IMG/VR virus record: IMGVR_UViG_3300019360_000008 | Span: 1 to 64,000 of that record | Reading direction: 5' to 3' (one strand) | Origin: a virus | Length of the DNA stretch: 64,000 nt | Shown: piece after piece, positions 1-9,416 of the stretch | How the letters are laid out: every line of letters begins with the position of its first letter | Position numbering within the stretch: position 1 is the stretch's first letter | Notes under the pieces: model-generated | Seen by the model: the letters and a program-made list of their open reading frames with translations, nothing else | Database searches by the model: none | Told to the model about the DNA's origin: nothing | Position numbers and translations under genes: made by a program

Positions 1-28
1 GCAAGAGTGTTAAGCTTACCACGTAGAT

Positions 29-2056
29 ATGCCCGACCACCGACAGCCACTTGATCCGACGTACAGGCCCCAGCAGGCAGCTACCGCTGCACTGGAGAAG
101 TTCATGACGGTCAACAAGATCTACGTCGGTGTCGTACGTGAGGTCTACTATCCGAACAACACCTGCGACGTCAAGCTGGACGGGATGGACATCACGGCCT
201 CCGGGTGCGTGTGGGCTGCCGGTGTCATGTCAGGAATGTTCGGCTTCCGCACGTCCTACCTGCCACCGCCCAAGACCAAGGTCCTGGTGGTGTTCACCGG
301 ACAGTACCCTGTCTACATCATCGGTTGCTGCCCCGGCCCCGCGGTCGATCCTGAGAACTACGCGCGGCCCGCCGTAGACGGTGAGGAGTCTTACCAGAAC
401 AGCCAGACCTTCAGCCATATCCGGGCCAAGGACGCGCTTACGTATGCCAGTCAGAAACCGCCGATAGACCTGACCGAGGGTGAGTTCCAGATCGATAATC
501 TCCTGGGTGTCGGCCTAACGATGCTACGCCACATGTCCAAGATGCAGGCTGGCGACCTGGCTGCAGTCGAGTGTCACGTCCTCAATGACATGGTTCGCAT
601 CATTTCAGACACTTTTAAGCACTACACGGCATTCGGTGACTACTCGATCGTAAACGACGGCGGCAAGCTAAATGTCGAGTGGCACGGCACGGCACACGAT
701 CACGAAGCTTGGGGCGTGAAGCGCCCACAGGACCCGAAGGCACCTCTCGCGGGCGAGAACCGGATCGACCCCAACAGCACCGAGGGATTCCTCGACGACG
801 GCCGCTGGCGTTTCAGCCAGTACATCGGCTGGCTTGGTAATTTCATCCACGTCTTCGTCACCGACCCGGTAGAGCAGATCGGCCGCCTGGCTGCAGATCA
901 GATCCGGGCCGGCAAGTTTCGCGCCCATGTCGGCCAAGATGGCTCCGTGCTGGTACAGTCCGTGGCGGACATAGCCCTGGAGAAGGTGGTTAGGATTCCG
1001 GTACCGATCAGGATCAGGCCCCAAGGTGACCCCAAGGGGAACCGGGCCGACGAGACCTTGCGCACCACCAGCCCGCTCAAGACTTGGCAGCCCTCCGACA
1101 AAGACAATTTATTCGAGATGGTATTCCAGCTTCGCGAGTATGCCCGTTGGTTGAACAATCACGCGGCGTTTGCACGCTTCAGGCTGGAAGATAAGGAGTT
1201 CAAGATCCCCACCGAGTCCGATACCCCGGCGCCTCAGCGTGACGGTGGTGAAGTTGATCGCGTGGATGCCAACAAGACCGCCGTGGATAACTGGCAGATC
1301 GCCTACGCGACAATCCGGATCTACCGTGACGGTTCGATCCAGACACTCGATGCCTACGGGAACTCTTTCACCAGCACCAAGACCGGCATCATGATCAGCA
1401 GCACGACCGACATCATGCTGCAGGCGGCCGGCTCGATCAACCTGGTGGCCGGGCAGTCCGTCAACGTTCTGGCCAGAAAGGACGTCGGCATCTCGGCCAT
1501 CACGGGGGGACTCTGGCTCCGCGCGTCCGCTAAGCTGCAGCTGCTCTGCCAGGCCGGTAACGTCGTGGTCGACACCTTACAGAACGGCTGGCTCAAGATC
1601 ATGGGCGGCCTGAATGTGAACAACAAGGCCAGCATCGACAAGGCCGGCGAGCTCAACGCTACTGGCAATGTTACGGCCCTGCAGCTTGCTGCGGCCAGCA
1701 CCAACGGACCTTTCGGCGAGAATCCACATTTCTTCCACATCTTCCAAGGTATTCCGGCGGTCGAGACCGTTACGGATCAATTCGAGTATCCTGGCTCCTA
1801 CGCGGGTCAGCCGCTCTACGAGTCGATGAGTCAGCAGTCCCTCAAGACCAACGAGGCTAACTCGAACGGCACGTGGAATTTCTCCGACAACACCGTTCCC
1901 GGCAAAGGTGCGCCCTGGCCGGGTGCAGGTATAACCCAACGGGCATATCCGGCCGCCGAGGTTGAATCCTTGCAGGAACCGTCGGCCAAAGAGGTCCAGG
2001 CCACGACACCGAAGGCGGTTAAGCACGGCGAATCTATCACCCTTCGTTATGTCTGA
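29..2056 (+). CDS. Baseplate spike/hub protein (gp5/GpV/VgrG-like)
   Basis: N-terminal OB-fold-like pattern (YVGVVREV..CDVKL..LPPPKTKVLVVF..YIIG); C-terminal beta-helix-like repeats (IMISSTTDIMLQAAGSINLVAGQSVNVLA); tail-module context. Confidence 0.6.
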   Translation: MPDHRQPLDPTYRPQQAATAALEKFMTVNKIYVGVVREVYYPNNTCDVKLDGMDITASGCVWAAGVMSGMFGFRTSYLPPPKTKVLVVFTGQYPVYIIGCCPGPAVDPENYARPAVDGEESYQNSQTFSHIRAKDALTYASQKPPIDLTEGEFQIDNLLGVGLTMLRHMSKMQAGDLAAVECHVLNDMVRIISDTFKHYTAFGDYSIVNDGGKLNVEWHGTAHDHEAWGVKRPQDPKAPLAGENRIDPNSTEGFLDDGRWRFSQYIGWLGNFIHVFVTDPVEQIGRLAADQIRAGKFRAHVGQDGSVLVQSVADIALEKVVRIPVPIRIRPQGDPKGNRADETLRTTSPLKTWQPSDKDNLFEMVFQLREYARWLNNHAAFARFRLEDKEFKIPTESDTPAPQRDGGEVDRVDANKTAVDNWQIAYATIRIYRDGSIQTLDAYGNSFTSTKTGIMISSTTDIMLQAAGSINLVAGQSVNVLARKDVGISAITGGLWLRASAKLQLLCQAGNVVVDTLQNGWLKIMGGLNVNNKASIDKAGELNATGNVTALQLAAASTNGPFGENPHFFHIFQGIPAVETVTDQFEYPGSYAGQPLYESMSQQSLKTNEANSNGTWNFSDNTVPGKGAPWPGAGITQRAYPAAEVESLQEPSAKEVQATTPKAVKHGESITLRYV

Positions 2057-2240
2057 ACCTGGTCAGAAAGTCCTTATTAGGTTGACGGCTACCATTTACC
2101 GAGGCAAGAAAAAGGTCAAGACGGAGACGGCTATGCTGCATCTGACCCAAGATGCTTCGGTCTGCGTTAAGGGCGCGCTGCACGTGTTAGCGGCGGCGCT
2201 TAAGGCCGAGAATAACAAAACAAATCCCCACCACGACTAA
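2049..2240 (+). CDS. Small basic hypothetical protein (63 aa)
   Basis: ATG 2049 overlaps the upstream stop; TAATG junction with the next gene. Confidence 0.5.
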   Translation: MSEPGQKVLIRLTATIYRGKKKVKTETAMLHLTQDASVCVKGALHVLAAALKAENNKTNPHHD

Positions 2241-3022
2241 TGAGCACGCCAGCAGTTTTTGATGTAGTCAAAGACGGTATTCCGTTTCAGAATCCCGCCG
2301 AGTCGTCCATTGTCGCAACGTCGGCGGGCGCGACAGCGGCCAATAGTAAGGTCGGTACAGATCTGGCCGCCGTAGAAGCCGCCCTGATTCTCGATCCTAC
2401 AAATCCGCTACTCCTGCAGGAGAAAGCTGACCTGGAAGCCCTGCAGGCGCGGTTTACCGTTTTGCAAGGAGGCCCAGTAAACCTGGCTTTGCCGCCATTC
2501 TATAAACTGACTCCTGCGGTCGGGCTGTCGTTCGCTGCAATCTTGACCCATACGAACTACTTCAGCGGCGTGGACGCTACGCCACCGATCGGCTTCGAGA
2601 CCCAAGGGCTCTCATTCCTGAACGTACTCGGGGCGGCCAGTTCGATGAAGACTGTGGCCAAGGAGCTCGGCCAAACCCCGGAGGACGATCCTTGTAAATC
2701 GGTCAATGACCTATTGGGTTCCGTGCTGGGCAAGATGGCTGAGATCCTCAGCCCGTTACTGAATCTGTTAAACACGTTCGTGAATGCGCTGCTGACCGCG
2801 GCCAACCTTCTCGCCCTGATCGACAACTTCGTCAACAATATCTGGCAGATCCTCAACGACGAGGTCAACAGGCTGAAGCAATATCTCTCCGATTTGGCCG
2901 ATTACGCGTTGTCGAAATTCTTGAATAACATCGTCAAAGATCCATGCTTGGCCGCAGTGCTTAGCGCGATCGGAACCCCGGCATTGCAGAGTGCAATAGC
3001 CCAAGCCCCCATTATACCGTAA
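2240..3022 (+). CDS. Hypothetical helical protein, probably virion-associated
   Basis: 260-aa ORF with TAATG coupling at both ends; amphipathic helical C-terminal half with two DPC motifs. Confidence 0.65.
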   Translation: MSTPAVFDVVKDGIPFQNPAESSIVATSAGATAANSKVGTDLAAVEAALILDPTNPLLLQEKADLEALQARFTVLQGGPVNLALPPFYKLTPAVGLSFAAILTHTNYFSGVDATPPIGFETQGLSFLNVLGAASSMKTVAKELGQTPEDDPCKSVNDLLGSVLGKMAEILSPLLNLLNTFVNALLTAANLLALIDNFVNNIWQILNDEVNRLKQYLSDLADYALSKFLNNIVKDPCLAAVLSAIGTPALQSAIAQAPIIP

Positions 3023-3693
3023 TGAATGATCAAACCAATATTCCTGTCAAAACTGCACCTGGCGTCGAAGACAAGGTTCGTGCATTTCTCCAAGAGAAAG
3101 GCGCGGCCGTTGCTGCCGAAACCCCCGCGCCCACTATCGAACGTGTCAAAGCTCCAGAGGATAAAACGTTCTCTACGCCGGCGCCAGAAGAACAAGCGGT
3201 CCAGACGGCCTTAATTGACATCCGCGCCGTCACGATCACCGAAGAGGAGAAGGACTTGTTCCTCAAAGCCCTCCTATGCGACAAGCCGGTCGAGCTAGAA
3301 ATCACCTTGTTCGGCGGCAAGTTGAAATTCCTGTTCCGCTCGCGTTCAATGCACGAGCAGCGCCGAGTACTGGATGTGCTGCACCTGGATCAAGAGCAGC
3401 AGGTGCTACCCTCCAACGAACCTGCCCTTCTGTTCACTCGACTTCAACAATATCTGGCATCCGTGATGCTACGCAGAATAAACGGCGACGTATTCTCCGA
3501 GCTGGAGATTGTGCCGGGTAATAACATTGCGGCCGATGCCGAGCTGCTACGTAAAGTCTTCGCTGATAAGGTAGAGAACATGTCTCATATTCGCTGGACT
3601 GCCGTACTGAACGGGCTACGGATCTTCGAGGAGAAATGCCGACAGCTCAGCGAGCACTGCGTCAACGAGGATTTTTGGTTGCCCCGAGGCTGA
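3022..3693 (+). CDS. Putative tail assembly chaperone (gpG-like)
   Basis: Acidic helical protein two genes before the tape measure; ends NEDFWLPRG over a GGATTTT heptamer. Confidence 0.55.
   Translation: MNDQTNIPVKTAPGVEDKVRAFLQEKGAAVAAETPAPTIERVKAPEDKTFSTPAPEEQAVQTALIDIRAVTITEEEKDLFLKALLCDKPVELEITLFGGKLKFLFRSRSMHEQRRVLDVLHLDQEQQVLPSNEPALLFTRLQQYLASVMLRRINGDVFSELEIVPGNNIAADAELLRKVFADKVENMSHIRWTAVLNGLRIFEEKCRQLSEHCVNEDFWLPRG
3669..3675 (+). other. Candidate -1 programmed frameshift site G GAT TTT
   Basis: Heptamer in codon phase G GAT TTT near the end of 3022..3693; the -1 frame is open to 4073. Confidence 0.55.
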
Positions 3694-3698
3694 GGTTA

Positions 3699-4073
3699 AT
3701 GGTGCTGGCGCACCTTCGGGGCTTGCTCACGCCAGATTACCCACAAGGCTTCAGGTCACGCGTCCGCGAGAACCTGGTGTTGTCGGCCTTGGCGCGAGAG
3801 GTTGATGCCGAGGCTTTTGGAAAGCGAGCCATCGTCGAAGCGGTCTGTATGTCGGCCGTCGCTCCCCAACACCGTCCCAAGCTCCATCGAGACGCCCTTA
3901 CGTTCCTGCAGGACTCGGCCCAGCTGGCCAAGCTTCTGGACTTTGATTCCATCGAGGCCCGCCGTCCGAAGCTGGAGAACGAACGTGATGTTCGGGATCT
4001 CATTAAGGCTTTTAGCATTCTCAAGGACACAAATGTTTTCGAGATTATGGACAAGCTTTGCACTGTGTTGTAA
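3699..4073 (+). CDS. Putative gpT-like frameshift extension of the tail chaperone
   Basis: Frame is -1 relative to the 3022 ORF and open across the slippery site; ATG at 3699; precedes the tape measure. Confidence 0.55.
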   Translation: MVLAHLRGLLTPDYPQGFRSRVRENLVLSALAREVDAEAFGKRAIVEAVCMSAVAPQHRPKLHRDALTFLQDSAQLAKLLDFDSIEARRPKLENERDVRDLIKAFSILKDTNVFEIMDKLCTVL

Positions 4074-4217
4074 CGATGCTCCCCTATGTCCTTAACGGTC
4101 CTCTGACTTCTCTTGAAGCCCGTACTGCCCGCCAAACTAGCAGTAGGCTTGCTTTCATTGGTTGAATCTGCAACCATTACGTGGACCAGATAACCTTAGA
4201 AAAGGCTGTAAACTGTT

Positions 4218-6887
4218 GTGATTGATGCCCCTAACCCATACGGAAGTTACTTCCAGTTTGGCGCACATCCCGGCATTGGAGGCGGGCCGATGGGATTCGA
4301 CGACCACATGACCCGGTATCTGGGCGGTGGCGGCGGATACGCCCCTACCCAGTCCGAAGCTATCCTGCGAAAGGGGATGGATCGTCTGCATCAGCAGGCC
4401 ATGTCAGACGCGCTTAAATCGGATACTCGTGCCGGCAACATGACCAACTTCGTCCTCGATCAGATCTACGGATCTGACAAGCAACGACGAGACGCCGCAA
4501 TCAGCATGGCCGGTGGGCATGCCAATATGCGTGAGTGGGTAGCGGCCATGATCAACAACCCCGGCGTGGCCGGGTTCATGGGCGGCGATATTAGATCCGT
4601 TCGCCTCGGCGCTAGTGCTATCGCGGGCGGCGGTGGCTTCGTCAATGTGGCCGGTGCCGGGCAGTCTCAGATGCTAGGTTCTGGCATGGTTCAAAACGCC
4701 GCGGCCCAGCAAGTCTTTGAAGCCGTGAACCGCCGGTTCTTTACTCAATCGGGCGCATCAAACCTCGCGCTTACGAATGGAATGAATCGTGACCAGATCG
4801 GCGGCATCATGATGATGGGCGCGCAGTCAGGTGCCTTTTCTGGTCTCGACATGGGTAAGATCTCCCGCCAAGGCGAGAAGATGAAGTTCGACCTCAATCC
4901 CGGCGCGATCGACAAAATCGAAAGTTTCGTCAAGGAATCCACCAAGTCGCTATCGGCGCTGGTCGATGTCTTCGGCGACCGCTCCGTCGGTGAGCTGGCC
5001 AGCATTGCACAGCGTATTACCGGGCTAGACATGTCCCGCTTGTCCAACGTCCAGACGATGGGCAAACGTATCGCCGAACTCAAGGCTACGGCCCAGACAT
5101 ACGGAATGGATACCCGGACCGTCCTGGAGACCACTAGCAATATCACCGGCATGGGAGTCCAGATGGGGCTCGCCGCCCATACGGCCGGCACGGTCAGTCA
5201 GACAGCCATGACCAGGGCCATAGGCCAGAACGTCGCCCTCCGCGGTGACCCAGGCTTCTTCCGCGTCACCGGCTCCGTCCAAGAGCTGGCGGCTCAGCAC
5301 ATGCGCGACCAGGTTGCCATGATGCACGACCCACTAGGCTCACGTATCATGGCTGCCGAGATGGCCATCGAGACGGGCTCCGTGACTGGTGAGAAAGCTA
5401 CCCAGCTGCGTACTGCGGCTAAGGGGCTCAACCGCCAGAACGTCGGCAACTTCGACGAACTGTTCAAGCAGACTACTGGCGGGCAGTCAGTCAGCGCCTT
5501 GATCCGAACCTTCGGCGATGGTGCCCGCATTGCCTCCCAGCTTAGCCCGGAAGGTCAGGCCCATGCCACCGCGTCGATCAACGCTAACATGAAGGAGCGA
5601 CAGCTCCAACGTATTGAGTTCCGAGCGGCCGAGATGTTCGGCGCCGGGGCCGCCAAGGACATCACGAGCCTGATGAGTACCTTTGGCGCCAAGGACCTCC
5701 AGCAGATGAGCAAGATGCTTGGCAGTGGCGACCGCGAAGGTGCGATCAAGTTGGCTATGTCTGACTCGGCCGTAGTGAAGAACCGCGACCAGGCTGAACG
5801 CCTGATCGGCCAGATGGATCGTCTCCAGAGGGTGGGCGGCGGCGCTGGCTCCACCTTGCAGCTCATGGATCGTTGGGCCAGGTCCGACAGTATTGCAGCT
5901 GGCCTAACGTCCAAGAAGGAAGACATGGCGAACCTGCGTATGCAGGATCAGGTCATGACGCTTTCGTCCGATCAGACTCGTCAGCTAACAGGTGTGTTCA
6001 ATCGCGGCGTCCAGGGCTTCCTGGAGATGACTGGCGGTGAGACCACGATGCACAAGTTGGCTTTGACGGCTGCACTTGACCGTAAAGCCGTACGCGGAAT
6101 GGACATGACCAGCCAGGTGTTTCTCGATAGTAAATCATTTGAGAAAAATGCCAGTGGTGGTCTGACTCCGGCCGGTGCCGGGAAATTTGCAGCGTCGCTA
6201 CAGAATCTTGTGAACCAAGACCCCGAGCTGGCCATGCGCCTCGGAGTGAAATTCAAGGACCTGCGTGACGACCCAACCAAATTTGCCAAGGAGAACTTCG
6301 GCCGAATCATGGGACTCGTGGAAGATCCGTTGGAACGTCAGCGTATATTTCAAGGCAAGACGGCCGCACAGGGACCGCAGGGCCAGTTGTTCTGGGCCGA
6401 CGCCAATAGGGTGGTCGACCAGCAGATTGGATCGGCTGCGGCCACGATGGGCATCTTCCGACGAGCACTTGGCGATCGTGACGAAGACGATACCATAAGA
6501 GGATTTTTCGACCGTGCCAGCGCGCGGCTCATGCAAGGTAAGCTAAATGATCCGGCGTCTCTTGGCGCGGTCTATGATAGTGTCCAGAAGAACGCCTCAC
6601 TGCTCGACCGTGAATCGCTGATTAAGCTCGCCCGCGTTGATGCTCGCGGTGCTCAACACGCATTGCAGGGCCTTAGCGATGAATTGGCCAAAATGGAGCG
6701 TGAAGACGCGGTTTCTGGGAAGCGTGATCCGGAACGCGAACGAAAGATCAGGGATTTACGTGAGCGAAAAATGTCGCTAGAGAATGAAGGCGTCAGCGCC
6801 CCGGGCGGAGCGGCCAATAAATTCGTTGGCGTCCTGCAGCTCATGGACGGAAATGGACTAACGATAAAGGTGACGGAGAAGAAGTAA
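4218..6887 (+). CDS. Tail tape measure protein
   Basis: 889 aa, Ala/Gly/Met/Gln-rich and helical; lies between the chaperone pair and baseplate genes; GTG start uncertain. Confidence 0.65.
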   Translation: MIDAPNPYGSYFQFGAHPGIGGGPMGFDDHMTRYLGGGGGYAPTQSEAILRKGMDRLHQQAMSDALKSDTRAGNMTNFVLDQIYGSDKQRRDAAISMAGGHANMREWVAAMINNPGVAGFMGGDIRSVRLGASAIAGGGGFVNVAGAGQSQMLGSGMVQNAAAQQVFEAVNRRFFTQSGASNLALTNGMNRDQIGGIMMMGAQSGAFSGLDMGKISRQGEKMKFDLNPGAIDKIESFVKESTKSLSALVDVFGDRSVGELASIAQRITGLDMSRLSNVQTMGKRIAELKATAQTYGMDTRTVLETTSNITGMGVQMGLAAHTAGTVSQTAMTRAIGQNVALRGDPGFFRVTGSVQELAAQHMRDQVAMMHDPLGSRIMAAEMAIETGSVTGEKATQLRTAAKGLNRQNVGNFDELFKQTTGGQSVSALIRTFGDGARIASQLSPEGQAHATASINANMKERQLQRIEFRAAEMFGAGAAKDITSLMSTFGAKDLQQMSKMLGSGDREGAIKLAMSDSAVVKNRDQAERLIGQMDRLQRVGGGAGSTLQLMDRWARSDSIAAGLTSKKEDMANLRMQDQVMTLSSDQTRQLTGVFNRGVQGFLEMTGGETTMHKLALTAALDRKAVRGMDMTSQVFLDSKSFEKNASGGLTPAGAGKFAASLQNLVNQDPELAMRLGVKFKDLRDDPTKFAKENFGRIMGLVEDPLERQRIFQGKTAAQGPQGQLFWADANRVVDQQIGSAAATMGIFRRALGDRDEDDTIRGFFDRASARLMQGKLNDPASLGAVYDSVQKNASLLDRESLIKLARVDARGAQHALQGLSDELAKMEREDAVSGKRDPERERKIRDLRERKMSLENEGVSAPGGAANKFVGVLQLMDGNGLTIKVTEKK

Positions 6888-6888
6888 T

Positions 6889-8589
6889 ATGGCAAAGGTT
6901 ACGACAACGGCTACGTCAGGACATACTCCCCAGTACGCCAGCCTGGATGAAGCGCGGGCGGCTTTTCGCGCGGCTCGGCCTTTTAGCGCCCAAGAGCAAC
7001 AGGCTCTTCGTGATCTTCAATATTTCGACAACAAACCCAAGCCCGTAGCGGTCCCCGCGCCTCCTGATGCGTCGGCCCCAGCAACCCCGGCGCAGCAGGC
7101 GGCGGGTGATTACACGCCAAACCAGATTGCCGCCATCGGCTCCGAACCATCCTCGGACTTCAGCACGACCGATCAAGTTAACGGTGGCGAACCGCCGGCC
7201 GGCGAATCGACTCCTAGCGACTTCATTGACGCCGGGGAAGGAACTGAGGAACGCGCGGCCCGACTCCAGGCGGAATCTGACGCGATCCAAACGGACCTGT
7301 CCGACTCTTTCTTGGCAGCTCGCGGTACGTTCTATCGGGTGCCCCTCCGCACCGGCACCGGTCCTGGCCTGTATGCCGTCGAAGGTCTGAGTCAGTTCAT
7401 AGACAACGCCCGAAAGGAAAAGAACGAGCAGCTTCGTCGGCGCAAGTTCGATAGTCGCTTCGCGTCACCAACACCAGTCAGTACGGTCATGCAGGAGGAG
7501 GACCCTGAGTCTTACTACGCGGCCGTAAACTACAACGAGCAGATCGAGTCTGAGAATGCACGACGCCAGGACGAGGATCGCTTGCTCGCCAACGACAAGA
7601 ACACGCTGGCCTCAACCCCTGTGCTCATCATGGGGATAGAGATCACCCAAACCGACATTATCTCGGCAGTCTCATGCCTGAACAATATAAAAGTTTTCTA
7701 CACGTTCGGTCAGGCGTTCGGCAACGTAGTGATCCGCGGCGAGATGTTGCTTGGTCCTCTGGGCAGCATTCAGTCCGACGGCGTCCGGGTCCTGAGCGAC
7801 TACTTTAACCAGCAACGCGTATCGAACTTGAAAAAGCCGACGACATTTTCAGTAGCTCAGACTGCCTACAAAATGTACATGTCTGGACTGATGATCGGTA
7901 ACGTCGACGTGGAGTTCCACGTACTGCCATTCGTGATAACTGGCATCCTGATAGATCCGTCAAACCAGGCCAGCAGCCTACTGAACCCGGCCAACCAAAT
8001 CATTGCCACTGATCAGGTTACGGAGGTTACGACCACGACGATCCGAAGCGGAGCGGCTGAAGCTGCACAGAACGTCCAAGTAACCGCATCTACCCAAGAT
8101 GCCACGCAATCCATTGCCGATTACCGCCTGGCCAACCCGGCTCCCCAGTACGACAGCGCCGCGCTGTCTCCTGACGAGAAGGCTAAGGTGTTGGCTGCCT
8201 TCGATGATGAACAAGCCGCGGAAGCAACGGGTGATTTTGCCGCCACAAAAGCTGCTATTGATAACCGCAACCAAACGATTCAATCGGCCGTCGAACATAG
8301 TCGTGTCGGTGAGCAAACCACCGCTGCAGCAAAAGTCCAAGATGCCATCAAGGCCGCCCAGAATGACAGTCAAAAGAACATCACGGCGGCTCAATTGCAA
8401 AGTTTGAGCACGTCAGTCAATAACGCCGCAGCAGATCGGACGATCGGCGCAACGATCCCGGGTGCTCAGACCAGCATACAGGCCCCAGTCATTGTTGACT
8501 GGACGGCCAGCACGGTTGACTTTAACAAGCTGGTGGCCCAGCAGAAGAAGGCGTACACTGGTCCATCGTATAACGCGCCGCGCCTATGA
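6889..8589 (+). CDS. Tail/baseplate protein with a central tube-initiator-like domain
   Basis: Low-complexity ends around a beta-rich core (IKVFYTFGQAFGNVVIRGEMLLG); directly follows the tape measure. Confidence 0.45.
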   Translation: MAKVTTTATSGHTPQYASLDEARAAFRAARPFSAQEQQALRDLQYFDNKPKPVAVPAPPDASAPATPAQQAAGDYTPNQIAAIGSEPSSDFSTTDQVNGGEPPAGESTPSDFIDAGEGTEERAARLQAESDAIQTDLSDSFLAARGTFYRVPLRTGTGPGLYAVEGLSQFIDNARKEKNEQLRRRKFDSRFASPTPVSTVMQEEDPESYYAAVNYNEQIESENARRQDEDRLLANDKNTLASTPVLIMGIEITQTDIISAVSCLNNIKVFYTFGQAFGNVVIRGEMLLGPLGSIQSDGVRVLSDYFNQQRVSNLKKPTTFSVAQTAYKMYMSGLMIGNVDVEFHVLPFVITGILIDPSNQASSLLNPANQIIATDQVTEVTTTTIRSGAAEAAQNVQVTASTQDATQSIADYRLANPAPQYDSAALSPDEKAKVLAAFDDEQAAEATGDFAATKAAIDNRNQTIQSAVEHSRVGEQTTAAAKVQDAIKAAQNDSQKNITAAQLQSLSTSVNNAAADRTIGATIPGAQTSIQAPVIVDWTASTVDFNKLVAQQKKAYTGPSYNAPRL

Positions 8590-9416
8590 TTAACCGCGCC
8601 ATCCATATCTTGTCGAACCGTCCAGGTCCTTTTGATCTGTTCGGTTTACCGGTGAACCCTGATTTCGAGCCGCGATTACTTCGGCGTGAGCAGGTGGCTA
8701 TTCGACGACTCCTGTTGCTAGATCGAGACGATTACTACATCAACGCCCTGCTGGCTGCCATGACGGCCTATCCTGACGTCGCACAGTTTGTCGAGGATGT
8801 GACTACGTTCGATCCGCAATATCAGCGGCCGTTCTCGGTCCAGATGGAAGGTGCTGAGTTCTTGGTCGATACCAACCTGCAAGGGCGCTGGCTCGACACG
8901 GACAAGGACCTGCCGTTCAACCTGACCTACACGATCTCCTACGCGACGTCCTCTCTGGTGACCATCACGGGAGTCGATCGCGGTAACGTCTACACGGCCA
9001 AGTACACGGTCTCCGGTACGGATCCCAATAAGGTACTCCATATCGTATGGCCGGATCAGCTGCCGTTCAACGGCCCACTAAGGCTTAAGCAAACCTGGAC
9101 CACCGGGGCGCTCGTGAGCATCAAGGTCCGCCCGCAGAACTTCCCCTACGCGGCCCTGGCGAACCGGGTACTGGGCAATGCCTACCTGACGGAGCGTTTG
9201 CATCAGCTGCTCCTCCAGGAAGAGTTCAGGGCGTCGGAAGACCCTGTCGAGAAAGCGGCAATGATTGCTGTCGCCCTGATCACCGACGACGTTGAGCCTG
9301 GTCATGTTCAGCTGCCCGACGAGAAGCATGACCTTGAGAGCCCGTTCCTTAGCATCACTTGCGATCAAACGGGAATATCGTGTGACAGCACCTTCGTCAC
9401 CTGTGACCAAACCTGA
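8586..9416 (+). CDS. Hypothetical structural protein with C-terminal (T/S)CD repeats
   Basis: 276-aa ORF coupled to both neighbours; ends ITCDQTGISCDSTFVTCDQT. Confidence 0.6.
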   Translation: MINRAIHILSNRPGPFDLFGLPVNPDFEPRLLRREQVAIRRLLLLDRDDYYINALLAAMTAYPDVAQFVEDVTTFDPQYQRPFSVQMEGAEFLVDTNLQGRWLDTDKDLPFNLTYTISYATSSLVTITGVDRGNVYTAKYTVSGTDPNKVLHIVWPDQLPFNGPLRLKQTWTTGALVSIKVRPQNFPYAALANRVLGNAYLTERLHQLLLQEEFRASEDPVEKAAMIAVALITDDVEPGHVQLPDEKHDLESPFLSITCDQTGISCDSTFVTCDQT

